Position numbers and translations under genes: made by a program
Assembly (NCBI GenBank): GCA_009602735.1
Contig: WELA01000640.1
Span: 36,594-72,495, forward strand
Length of the DNA: 35,902 nt
DNA from: Mesotaenium endlicherianum
Taxonomy: Eukaryota
Direction: 5' to 3'
Shown here: positions 10,757 to 23,100 of the stretch, one piece after another
Layout: every line of letters starts with the position of its first letter
How positions within the stretch are numbered: position 1 is the first letter of the stretch
Notes under the pieces: model-generated
The model's input: the letters and a program-made list of their open reading frames with translations, nothing else
What the model was told of the DNA's origin: nothing
Databases searched by the model: none

Positions 10757-13700
10757 GCGAGCGCGCGCGCGCACGCACGCGCACGCGCGGAGACTTGCAC
10801 ATGCCTTCTCTCTTTCCCTCAGACTCAGAAGGCACAGACACTTGTGCACGCACTGCGCAATCCCCCCCCCCTTGTGCGCCTCTGCCACATCCTCCTTCCT
10901 CTCCTCACTCCCTCCGTGCACGCAGCCTGCTGCAGGGCAGGTGCTCGTGTGCTCCTCCTGGGAGCGCGCGCACAGGCGCTGTCATTGCAGTGGCGGCAGA
11001 TGCACACACGCATGCAGGGGGGGTGCATGCACGCAGACCGCCGGCATGGGCGGGCGGGCGGGCGCGCGCTTGGGCAGACTCTGGATTGGTCCCAACCCTA
11101 AGCCTCGGACTTGCTCCGGAGCCCCGAAGCTCGGCCCCTTGCATGCTGGAATCTGAGCCGTTTCCAGCTAACGGCAGTCAGCTAGTTGCATGGGCTGGCC
11201 CTGCCTTGCCTGCCCTGCCCTGTCCAGAGAAGCCTGCTGCTACTTACATGAGCAACGACTGCCAGCTCAGCTTGCAGCTCTTTGGAACTTGCCTGCCGGG
11301 GAGCATGGGAAGGGGGGAAGCTGAGGTGCCGGGAGAGGCAGCGCCCTTGCAGGCGCTCGCCCCCGCTAGAGGCGCCGGTGTGTGTGAACGACTGGCAAGT
11401 GCTTGCTGGTCGGGAGAGCTTGGGTCGTGTTCACATGCACAGCCCAGGGCGGGGCAGAGCCGGGCAGAGCAGGGCAGGGGAGTTTGCGAGCAGGCATCGC
11501 TGCTTGCTTTTTGAGAGAGCTCGGGTCTGTCCACACGCGCAGCATAGAGCGGGGCCAGTCAACGGGGGCGGGCACAGGCAGAAGCAGGCAGGATACATGC
11601 GTGCAAGCGTGGATTTGTGGGCGCGTGTGGACGCGTGTGTGGGCGTGTGTCTATGCGATGGGGGCCCGAGGGATTCTCACTCGAAGCTCCCTCTGGCGCA
11701 CGCGCGCGCGCGCTGGCCGGGCAGGCGACGGGCTCATTGAAACTGGCCAGCGCGCTGAGCTGGATTTTCAGGTGGTGACGTTCTGGGAGGGCGAGATCGT
11801 GGACAATCGCAACCACTCCTTCTTCACGGCCCAATGGGGCGCCACGTACGCGCCCTCTCTCTCTCTCTCTCTCTCCTCACACGCCCTTACCCGCAACCAC
11901 GCTCGCACCCACGTGCACACCCCACTTCCCCCTCGCCCTCTGCCACCCCCCTCCCTCCCTGCAGCTCTCCCTGCACCTCTCTCGCACGCCGTCGCTAGTG
12001 CCCCCCCGCGCTATGTTCTGCTGCCAGGCCCCTCCAGCTGTCGCCTCACACGGGCAACACATCAGATCGCATCACATCACAACGCATCACATCACATGGC
12101 AGCACATCCCGCTGTATGCTCCCTCTCACGGCGTCTCCTTTGCGATTGGGAAAGGGGGAGTGCTATGCGGCGGTTGAGGCCTTGTCCTTCTCGCCAACCA
12201 AGCCTCGTCGTGGCTGCCTACGCTCACACTCTTCCATTCGGCTCCTTCCAGACGCCCTGGCGGCGGCCGCGGCGGCAGCCGCAGCAGCCGGGAGGATGAG
12301 GAGGACGAGGGGCTGGCGGGGGCTGTCCCTCTCCCTATCTGAGCGTCTTTCTGTCTGCCTGTCTGCCTGTCTGCCTGCTTGTGCGGTTCTACACTCGATC
12401 TTGCTGCTGCTGCTGCTGCCGCTCTTGCTGCGCCAATGCTGCCTCTCCCCTCCCCACGCCTTGCTGCCAGGTTTCTTGGCAGCACTCGTCAGCCGTGGCA
12501 GGGGAGACGCCTCCCCCACGCCTTCTCACGCCTTGCCAGCTGCTGCAACATCGTGCAAAAAAGTGTGCCACCCAAAGGGCGGCGCACGCGCGCTGAAGAT
12601 ACCCCAACTTGTCTGACACGTGTGGGACCTGGAAATTGGGGCGCGTGGGGCTTCTGGGCGGCGCAGGCGGGAGACGGACGTCAAGCACTGGTCCAAGTTC
12701 TCCTCGTTCGCTCCTCTCAAGGTCAGCCACCTTCCTTCAAAATCTCTCTCCCCCCCCCGGGGCCCTGCCCCGCTCCCTTCTCGTCCTGCTCCCTCCTTTA
12801 CATGAGCTCCAGCTTTCCTTCTTGTGAATATGACTCAGGAATAGCAACGAGCTTACAGACATCAAGCAGCCCCCCCCCCCTCTTTTTCTCGCGCGCCCAG
12901 GCATCCCCCTTGTCTGCTTTTGGGCTACCTTGCGTGCTCCTTTTGCTGACACTGGCATGGCTTCAAACCCTGCTCCTGCCCCCCCTTGCAGTGTTGGTCG
13001 TGCACGCCGAGAGCTCCGCCGCCCGCGCAGCCAGCAGCTTGCGGAATTGCAAAGCCATCATGCGCAGTGTCTGTTGTGGCTGCGGCTGCTGCTGCTTCTG
13101 CTGCTGATGCTGATGCTGCAGGCGCTGTCGCGGGTGCTGACTGGGCCTGACGCGTGCAGACGCCTGCGCTGCCAGTGCCACTTGTCCCTCTGCTCTCCTG
13201 AGCTCCGGTTTGTTGGCTGTGCACGGCGGTGGGAAGCTTGTGTCTTTGCATCTGCTCCTGCGCAAACAGTGGCTTGTCGGGCAACACTCTGTTGCGCGCA
13301 TGCGAGCTTGCGTTCACGCGAGAGCGCCTGCGTCTGACTCGGCTGTGCGCGCCCGAGGAGAGAGGGCCGGCGCAGCAAAAGCTCGCCAGCAGTGCCGTCT
13401 CCTCGCCTCTGGGGCCCCTCTGGTTTCCACCTCACCCCCTCACCCCCTCATGAAGAGACCTTCAGAGACGAAAAGGCGGGCCAAGGAGAGAGAGGCGGAA
13501 TGCTGGACCCTGACTCGGGTGTTGCTGTGGTTGGGGGCCGACCACCCGGGGACGCTGCGACTGCAGGAGACCGTGCAGCGGGACGGGGGCCGCTCGCTGG
13601 ACCTGGCTAGCTACCCCTTCATCTTCATGGTAAGTGCACGCGCGCTTACCCTTACACCCTTGCACGCACGCACATGCATAAGTGCAGAGAAGGCTTATGG

Positions 13701-14540
13701 CCAGAAATTTGTGCATGTCCGTCCAGTAGCGTGGCCCTACCGCCCGCCCTTTGTCCTGTTGACACGCCCGGCCTGCATTCATGCTTGCAACAAGCGCACC
13801 GCTTTTTGCTGCCCTCCAAAAGCGCCGCAACAGGATGCGTCGCTGCCTGCTCGTTGTGTTGCGCTGGCCTCTTGGAGCGCCGCGCCGCGCCGGGACGTGC
13901 TGGGCCGGGGAGGGCTGGCTGACTGATCTCTCTCAGTATCGGCGCGTGTGCGGGTCTTATTGGGGGCGGAGCAGCGGTGGAAGGAGAAGTTCTTTGTGAA
14001 CGTGGGCGCCGACTGTGGGCTCACCATCGCCGGCTTCTACTACGTCTGCTTCTGCCGCCGCTCCGGCGCCATCTCCGGGTTCTACTACGACCCCAACTCC
14101 AGGTGCCCCCCTCTCCCCTGCCCCCCCCTTTGCCCCTTCCCCCTCCGCCCGCTCCATCCCCAAGTCTGTTTACTACTGGTGTCCTCTCTCCTTTCTGCTC
14201 CTTTCTTGCTGCTAAGGGAGGGGCAGTCAGAAGGAAACAGCGGAAACGAGACGGACCGTGGAGGACAAGAGGGCAACGAGGGTTGGTTTCTTGCCCCCGC
14301 TCGCCTACCTTACTCGCCCTTTTCTCGTGCCATTCCCCTTCCCCGCTTCTTCCCTCCCTGCCTTCCTCCCTGTTGCCTGTTTGCCAGCCAGGGCGGCTGG
14401 TCGCCCCCGGTTTCCCTTCCTCTCACTACTTTGCGGACGGCGCATGACGTGGTGTGAGCAGCCCCTTCCAGAAGCTGGAGCTGCGAGCGACGTGCGAGGG
14501 CAGGTCCGGCCACAGCTTTGCCACCTACTCGCTGCGATGA
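10189..14540 (+). CDS. GID4: Glucose-induced degradation protein 4 homolog (GID4/Vid24 family; substrate receptor of the GID/CTLH ubiquitin ligase)
   Basis: Seven GT-AG, phase-consistent exons: 10189-10239, 10499-10666, 11772-11845, 12667-12721, 13567-13629, 13975-14102, 14462-14540 (618 nt, 205 aa + TGA). Motifs: LCGSMEALNVP, VTFWEGEIVD, HWSKFSSF, YPFIFMRWKE, TIAGFYYVCF, ISGFYYDPNSSPFQKLEL. The start codon is less certain because the frame stays open upstream to a possible acceptor at about 10115. Confidence 0.95.
10716..10789. repeat. (CA)n followed by (CG)-rich alternating purine-pyrimidine tract in GID4 intron 2
   Basis: Direct reading. Confidence 0.9.
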
Positions 14541-14735
14541 CTCGCCGTCACTTTTGCCATCCGGTCAGTGGTGGTTGGCTGAGCTATTGGTTGGTTGGTA
14601 GCCTGTCTGGCCCCTCCTCTGGAGCAATACTTGGCGCTTTTTGTCGGCCGGGAAGCGCAGGCTGAGGCTCGAAGCAAGGGCGCGTGCAGCCCAAGCAAGT
14701 CCGTTCTGAGTGCGCGTCGCAGGAACGAGGGTGGC

Positions 14736-14786
14736 ACAGGAACGAGTGTCACAGGAATGAGTGTCATAGGAGCAAGTGACACAAGG
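14736..14786. repeat. Degenerate 15-bp tandem repeat (ACAGGAAYGAGTGTC, about 3.4 copies) downstream of the GID4 stop
   Basis: acaggaacgagtgtc / acaggaatgagtgtc / ataggagcaagtgac / acaagg. Confidence 0.75.
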
Positions 14787-16894
14787 GAAATCATATGCTG
14801 AGGCAGGTGCGCCCTTCAGAGACTACAGACATTCAGAGAGGCGCCCCCACCCGTCCCGTCAGGGGCTCTTCCGAGAGCGCTGCCTCCTTTTTGGCGTCAG
14901 TATCTGAGAGTACGGGTTTGCAGAAGCAGGGGGGTCATGCAGCCCTCGTGTGTAGGACTGTGCTTCGTGTGCACCACCTGGCCAGCCTGAGGTCACTGCT
15001 GCTTTCGGAGCATCGTGCTTTTGCCCAGCACTTTGTCGAGCGCGGAAGGCGTGTGTCGTCGAGCTCTGGTCGGTGGTCTTAGAGATGAATTGAGGAGCTC
15101 ATGGTGGCGCACAGCTGCGCGACAGCACAGCAAGTAGCCCAGGAGCGCGCTTTTTGGTGCGCGCAACTGCGGTCCTGTTACGGAGACGGCAGGTGACATA
15201 GCACGCTCGTGTAGTCTGGTATACATAGTGTTTTTTGGTATGGTTGTTGAGGTACTCAGCGTATGTGATGCTTGATCGACGAGGGGGCAAGTGAAGGATA
15301 GAGAACATAATATATGTTGGTGTTTGCTCTGGCTATGCAATTTCCCTTGCATATGCGTGTATGTGGTGAGGGCGATCGATGGGTTAATCCAACAGATAGC
15401 ATTGAAGGTCATCGTGCTCAGACAGTGCAGCATGTATGGTGTGCATAGCTGGCACGGTAGGGGATTCATTTTAAGTACTGCGCATGATGGCAACAGGCGT
15501 ATCATGAGTCTGGACGTGGGGAATTGCTGGAGATGCTGGTGATATACAATGTAGAGCTGTCTGGTGGCAAAATTGCTGTGAAAATGAGCCTGTAACAGTG
15601 TATGCCTAGAGAAGGTTCTGGACGTGCACACCTTCTGTGGGTACTCCCTGTCTCAAAATTACTATATGAGGTATCATGGTACTTTTTGATTGCGCTCGTT
15701 CTCCGGCTCCTCAGAAGGATTGATCACGCAGTGCACAACAACCACTTGAAGCTATGAACATATGCATGTGATGGCTAAGATTGACCTCTTGCTATCACCA
15801 TCACTCATCATCCTCACTTTATATAACTCAAAGATACGTGGATGTTTGGACTTCAATGAAATATGCGCAGAAACTCTTACCACAGCTGACAAAACAAATC
15901 GAGGGAAGAGTACGTGATGCCTACCATTCACTGGCTGCACAGTCGTGTGAAACTCTTCAGAAGCTCACATGTAGATCATATTTACATAATTCAGCAGAGC
16001 GTAGATGGTACCTTAGGATCATATGAAACCGTCTACATAACTAGTGATACTCACTCGTACATGCGCAGCAAGGGGTACATCAAATATAGTGAAAGAACTG
16101 TATGTGGGCCGCGATTGCAGCACTCCTATCTTGCAGAAAATGAATGGCTCCTCTAAGAGGTTACTGGCACGCAAAAATAGTCGATATATCTGGCTACAAG
16201 TTGAACTTTAAACTAAGTACGCAATGTCAGAGAAAGTCAGCAACGTGCATCACCCGGGTGACGAGAAGCCCCACCACTATGCGGAATCGCCCCTTGGCCT
16301 CTTTGCCGTAAGTGCCTCTAAGCATCCTTCGAGAGATATACTTGAGCCACCAGGGGGTTGCGTATGACTGGTCTATGTATAGATATGTAAATAACAATAA
16401 TAATGACCAAGGAGTATATCGATTTCGACACTAAGTCGCAGCCAGGTGGCAGGCCAGGCGCATCTTCGTCTCACGCACGCAGAGGCACGGGGACTCAGCC
16501 ACAACCGCCAGGTGGCAGCCAGCCAGCCAACCCTCAAACATGCCCCTGACGTCCATTTACCGACCCATTGACCCCAACATCACGCAGAGACAAGCCAGTG
16601 CACTTCTCACTCCTGCCTGAGAGCCCTACTACACTGCAAACACCAACAGTCTCAGGCCGACAAACAGCGCCAGCTCCCCTTCATCAAACGACAACGACAA
16701 CAACAGCAGCCGCGATGGCGACACCGACAGCGACAGCCATGCAGCAAGGACAGACGACCCCTCGCGCGAGCAGCGGACAAGCTGCCGCCCAGTAGGGGGT
16801 GGCGGCATTCCAGGACGCAGAGGGCCCCGCGGCCCAGGGCCGGGCTTCGCCTTCTTTGCCCACCCCTCCGCGCAGGGCCCAGGGCCGAGGCCGC

Positions 16895-17086
16895 CTAGAT
16901 GAGGCTGTGGCTTCCCCCAAAGAAGTTGGACCAGAGGAGCGCGACCACGATGACGAGCAGCATGGACCAGATGAGCACGATGGTGGGCATCTTGCTGCGG
17001 CGCCCCATGAGGCCCTTGGCAAACGGGTACAGGTGCACCAGCACCCAGAAGCTGAACACCAGCTTGCCCAGCAGCTTGCCTGCACG

Positions 17087-17177
<91 letters not shown>

Positions 17178-20100
17178 NAGGCACAGGCAAATGCCGCCCA
17201 GAGAGCGGGAGAAGAGACGGAGTGCAATCATGGATTTTGCACATCAGAGCCTCATCCCGGCACTCGTGCGCCGCTGAACTCTACCTCAGCCAGCTCCTCC
17301 TTCATCGATCCTGCTGCCTCTGAATTCGAACTTCCCCACCAGGCAAGCGTGTGCCCGGCTGACGTCATCTACCCTCTCTGAGATGCGACAGCCGCAAAGT
17401 TGCCCGGTGGCTATGGAGTCCGGACCCTCCCTTGCAATGACACAACATGATTGCTCTTCTTTGAATCGCAATGCACGTAGGGCCAGGCTTGCTGCATGAC
17501 CGGTTGTAGCAGATGCAGTGCAAGGAGAACGAGGAGCAGGAGCAGGAGCAGGGAAGGGAGAGGAGGAGCGGGAGGAGAGAAGGGCCACGTGGCAGTACCC
17601 CACTGGCCGGAGACGTCGACGGCGGAGATGGCGCGGCCCACGCCCACGATGACGCCCACGATGTTGAAGAGCCCGATGAAGGAGCCCGGTAGCAGCAGCC
17701 ACGTGAACTTGAACGTGTGCAGCTCGTCCTGGTCGCCCTCGTCGGAGCCCTTGGAGGTCAGCGTGAAGGCAATCTCCACGCCCGCCACCACCTTCAGGAT
17801 GCCCTGGATGACGGCGGCAAAGTGGGAGCTGATGCCGGCGATGACCCAGAACTGCTCGTTGCGCCACCACGCCTCAAACGTGACCTGGCTCCACCTCAGC
17901 TCCAGGATGGACGTGAGGAGGAACGAGATGATGAGCGCCGCGAAGCATATCACGCCCTCGCGGTCCAGCTGTCACTCACCCACAACACCCCCCACCCCCC
18001 GCTCCCCCCGGGAACCCCAGCACCCAACCAACACACACGCGAGCACGCAAGAGTGTCAGTGAGTGGCGCTAGGGCTCACGCAAGAAATGATGCTCGTATG
18101 CTGGAGAAGGTTTGCCTGTGGAGTGCACGCGTTGGGGGCACCCCTTCTCCTTGGTCTCCTGCCCCAGGCTCTTGGCTCTGGCCATCGAGCGAGCGCAATA
18201 GGAGCAGTGTGGACGTCCTAAAGATTATCTGGGTGGCATTGAAGAGTAGGCAGGACTGGGGAGGAGTAGAGCAGCAGAAGGGAGGGGGCAGCAGGGCCAT
18301 ACCGTGGGCACGAAGAAGTAGTCAGTGAGCAGCGCCAGCGGGGGCAGCAGGCAGTAGGTGAAGATGGCGATGCTGGTGAAGGGGTAGAACGCGTTGTTGC
18401 CGTACCTGCATCAAAGGGCAGATTCCAGAGAGAGAGAGAGAGAGCAAGAGGGAGGGCGGCAGAGAGAGAGATAGAGATAGAGAGTGTATCAGTCACATGG
18501 GACACAGAGAGCCGCGCCCGTGTCAGGAGTTTGGGGGGACATACGGGGAGGCAGATACCGGAAATGTGCTGGTAGCGAGAGGCTGAAGGGGCTCTAAATC
18601 TTCTACGTTGGCTGGCAGTATGTAGAGAATATCACATATCATGGACGTGGCGTACTATTCCTAGATGGAGCTCTGGTGCGGTCGGAGGATCAGATCAGGA
18701 GCAAGGAGATGACAGACACCATACTTTCTGCAGCAGCAGCAGCAGCAGCAGCAGTAGCACCAGCCAGTCTTGCACCACTACATCTGCACACCGCCAGAGC
18801 AGCAGCAGCCGCCGCCGGCTGGAGGAAGAGGGAGGCCGCCCCTGGGAGAGGAAGGGGCCAGGGGCCAGCGGGAAGGGAGAAGGCGCCCAGGGTGAGTGGG
18901 AAGAGGAAGGGGGGGAGGGGGGAGGGGGGAAGGAAGGACTGACGCGATGCGCTGGCGCAGCTGGAGCTTGGTGCCCCAGAAGGACCACATGGGGTTGCGC
19001 GCGCTGAAGAAGATCTCCACGGCGCCCGTGGCCCACCGCTCCACCTGGTGCAGCCTGTCCGTCATGTTCAGCGGCGCCGATCCCTGCACCCCCCAGGATC
19101 CCGCCGTCCACCCCCGCCCGTTGCCGCATACACATCATCAGGTTCGCGGCGTGGCCCAGGTTGAGCCGGCTGACTGACCAGCTGTTCAGTACAGACAGAT
19201 GGATAGGGCAGAAGTCGTCTGGCTAGAAACTTGGATGATAACAGAGAGGCCGCTTTATGCATGAGGCCAGGTGTGCTCTGGTGCTGCTGCTAAAGCTGCT
19301 GTTGCTGCTGCTAGAGCTGTTCCTGCAGCCGGCTGCTGCTGGGATGCGTGAATGGGGCGAGACGGCTTTGCTGCGTAGAGATGTACTTGTCAGCCAATTA
19401 GGAGAGGCGCTGCTTGTGCTGATGATGGATGACACAGAGAGGGGTGTAATTGGGAACCTGAGAGAGGGAGAGGTGATGAGAGAGAGAGGCCCAGGTGTAG
19501 GGTTGTAGCGAGCGACAAAGCAGCCGGGGCTTCTTAGACACCGGAAGACGTACAGTTAAAAGAACAATAAAGCAGATGGGCGGAAGCACAAACAAAGGGA
19601 CAGACAGACGGCCGGCATACGGGCTCCGGTGGGCGGGCCGGCGCGCGGCGGACCTTGAAGGCGGCGAGCGTGGGGTCGCAGTAGGCGGAGCGCCAGCCAC
19701 GCGTGTGGATCTTCATGCCCGTCAGGATGTCCTCCGTGACGGAGCCGTACATCCACCCGATGGTGCTGCCCCAGTCCGTGTTGTCCTCGTAGTCGCAGCT
19801 GATGGTGAGGATGACGTCGGACAGCATGGCGTGCGGCGCCACGTGCTCGCCCGTCGTGAAGTCGTCCGCCAGGCTCTCCTCCGCCGTCGCCGTGTTCACA
19901 AAGTTGGTGCACATGCCCATCCGTGCCGGCAGCTCCGCCGCGCCACCCTTACCCTTCAGCAGCTCTGCCTGCGCCTCTGCTCTCTCACCAGGCGCGCACG
20001 ACACATGCCCGCGCGCCCGCCCGCCCGCACACGTGCACATGCATGCACGCCAGGCGTCAGCACTGTTGCCAATGGCCATCACGTCCAGGGGCGGGCCACG

Positions 20101-23100
20101 GGCCCCTGGTGACAGGAATGGAGAGGTCTGGGGGGAAGTCTGGGAGTCGAGGGAGGGGGCTTTGGTTCTGGGGAAGCCTCCTTGTGCCCTGCAGCTGTTT
20201 TATGCAGCCAAGCATACTGGAGAGATAAAGAACAGGTGGCAACAACGAGGAGGAGGAGGGGAGGGGGCGGGGGGGGNGCGGCGAGGGCGCGGGCCCTTGT
20301 CTTCTTGCTCTTGCGCGGCTTGCAGCAGAGGCCGCAGCACAGCGCCTCCAGGCACCCGCGCTTGGCCTTCTTCTCGCCCACCCCCTTCTTGCTGGGGTTG
20401 TTGGGGGGGTAGTACCCGTACAGAGCCTGCAATTTCCCTCCAAGCAGCAGCAGCACCGCTCCTTCCGCTCCTCAGCACAGTGATGCATGGAGCGCTCGCC
20501 GCTCGTGAGGACCATAGCCAGGCAAGCAGCCTTCCCTTCAGCTCCAAGAGTGGGCGCATTCAGCTAGAGAGACAGCGGGCGGCGCTGGTGAGGAGGCGCG
20601 GCGCCGTTCCCGGCACCGCGTGGGTAAAGTGGCGGCGTGTGCGGACGTGGGGTTGTTGTGGCTCATACTCACTTTACGCTTCATACGACTGCTGTTTGCA
20701 GCAAGTGTGTATGATTCTTATGCGCCTGGAAGTGCATGGTGAGAGGAAGGGGAGGCTGAACGCAGGAGGGAAGCAAAGGGACGGGAAGGGGGGAGGAAGG
20801 GACGGAAGGGGAGAGGAAGGGAGGACGGCAAGGGGGAAGTTAAGTGAAGGGGAAGGGTCGGGAAGACAAGAGGAAGGGAAGCAAAGCGAAGGGGAGGGGG
20901 CGACACCTTGCGGCGGAAGATGCAGCCAGTGCCGACGTACACGGGGCCCTGCTGCCCGTCGAGGCCGCGCATGTTGATGTCGAAAAAGACAGTGTTGTGG
21001 TTGGCGTAGCGGTCGTTCTTGTCGATGCCGTCAAAACGCTGCGGGAACTGCACGTACCCAATGTTGTAGCCGCCAATGGGGTCCAGGAAGAAGCACAGCG
21101 CCTGCACTTGAAAGACCCCCCAGCCAGCCAAGAACCCACGCCCACAGGTGAGAACGGATGTTAGTTAAAAGTCAGAGGACCCTGCGTGTGCCTGTGCGTG
21201 TATGCGTGCGTGTGTGTGTGTGTGTGTTTCTGTGTGTCAAGGAACGTCGTAAGGAGCAAGGGCGCATCCCGGCCAGTGGAAGAGGCTGCTGTTCAGCAGC
21301 ACCCTGCAGGCAGCGGGCAGCACTGAGCAAGGCAGCAGGCACTGGTGGCTGCAGGCGGCGGGGGAAGGAGGCGCGCGCACGCACCTCGCGGAGGGTCTGC
21401 GAGTTGTTGACGTAGTGGTCGCAGTCGAGGTTGAGCATGTAGGTGCCGTTGGTGACGAGCGCGCTGGCGCGCAGGAGCGCGTTCATGGCGCCCGCCTTCT
21501 TGTTGTGGTCGTGGCCCGGCCGCTTCTCGCGCGCCACGTAGATGAGCGGCGGCAGAAAGTTGCCGTCCAGGTCGCGCACCTCCCCGTCCGGGTGCAGGAA
21601 CACCTGAGCCAATAGCACCGGCAGCAGTGGCAGCAGGGGCAGCAGCAGCAGAATTGGAGGGTTATGCGAGGGGAGGCAAGGAACGGAGAGGGGAGGGGAG
21701 TGGGAAGGAGAGAGACAGGCCACTCCGGTTGGCTGGCAGTTCTGGCGGAGGCGAGGGTGAGAGACGCTCTCTTGTGTTCTTTTACTCACTCACTCGCCCT
21801 CCCACCTCCTCCACCAACGGCGCCTTGCATACCAATGAATGCAGGCACGCACGCCCCAGGAGATGCACACGCTTGCAAATGATCAATCACCCACACAGAC
21901 ACGCATATACACGCAGGCGAGCACATGCATGCAGCAACACACGCGTTCTCACGTGCACCCCGACGCTCGCACACGCACACGCGCTCAGCAGCCCCTCATA
22001 GCATGCATAGAACCACAAACGCCAGCAGGCTCTCTCAGAAGACCCCCCCCCCACACATACACAGACACACACACACACACATGCATGCACCTGGATGATG
22101 CCGTCGTGGTTGCGCTTGTTGTTGCCGGGCCAAGCCGAACCGTCTGCCATGGTCCACCCCTCTGTGGGGGGATGCTTGGCACCCTGCACCAGCCTGTTCA
22201 CCCTCACCTTGAACTCCTCCCATTCCCTCTGCGCAAATAGACACCCACACACGCACACACGCAGACACACGCGCACACACACACACACACACGCACACAC
22301 ACACACATATGCACAGGCGCGCACAAAGTAGAGCAGACGATCGTCAGGTGTGGCCCTTGTCAGGACAGCAGCAGACAGGTGTCTGCTGGAGCTGGCCCAT
22401 AGGCTGCCAGGTCCATGAAACCTGAAGGCTTGCCACATATTGTGTCCATGTCACCTCCCCCCCCCCCCCCCCCCCCCCCNNNNNNNNNNNNCCCCCCCCC
22501 CCCCCCCCAGCAGTGCCCTCCATGACCTCTCCTTGGCCGCAGCTCATGGACCTGGCCCAAATTACTACTGAGGGTACACTATCCAGGTATCACATTTTAT
22601 CAACCTTCGGGAGAAACACACAGAGCCACGTGGCAGCAAGGAAGACTGGCATGCCAGGAGCTGTGAAAGCATGACTGTGGACGGCACCACCACAAAACTC
22701 AGTCGTCAGAAGCAGCTTACTTTTTGGAACGGCCGCACCTCAGCTCCACAGAGGCAAGAGCATACCTTTGCCAGGCAATGCAGGGAGAGAAAGGGGGCGG
22801 GCGGAGAGGGGGGATGTGGCGCCAGGGGGGAGANGTGGCAGAAGCACCTTGACTTTGCGGCGCGAGCGCACAAAGTCGTCCTCCACCTTGTCCTTGGTGA
22901 AGTCCACCTTGAGGCCAAAGTAGACCTCGGGGGAGCGCGGCTCAATGTTGTGGCGCTTGCAGAAGGGCACCCAAAGGCGTGCAAACCCAGCCGTCTCCGC
23001 CATGGTGTCAAACATGAGCATAGACGCGCCGTCGTCCGACAGGTACACCGCCAGCCTGCCTCGCCGCCCAGCCGCAGCCCGTGCCCGCGCCCGTGCCATG

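Noticed and set aside
14993..16400. Short ORFs between the convergent GID4 and GT2 3' ends (possible extra gene or TE remnant)
   Set aside because: No domain motifs, no consistent exon chain and no terminal repeats. TGTAA occurrences (15591, 16386) are too weak to call as poly(A) signals.
19802..20977. Long plus-strand ORFs antisense to GT2 exons, and similar shadow, microsatellite or N-spanning ORFs throughout
   Set aside because: Expected artefacts of high GC, codon bias on the opposite strand, simple repeats and N-runs.
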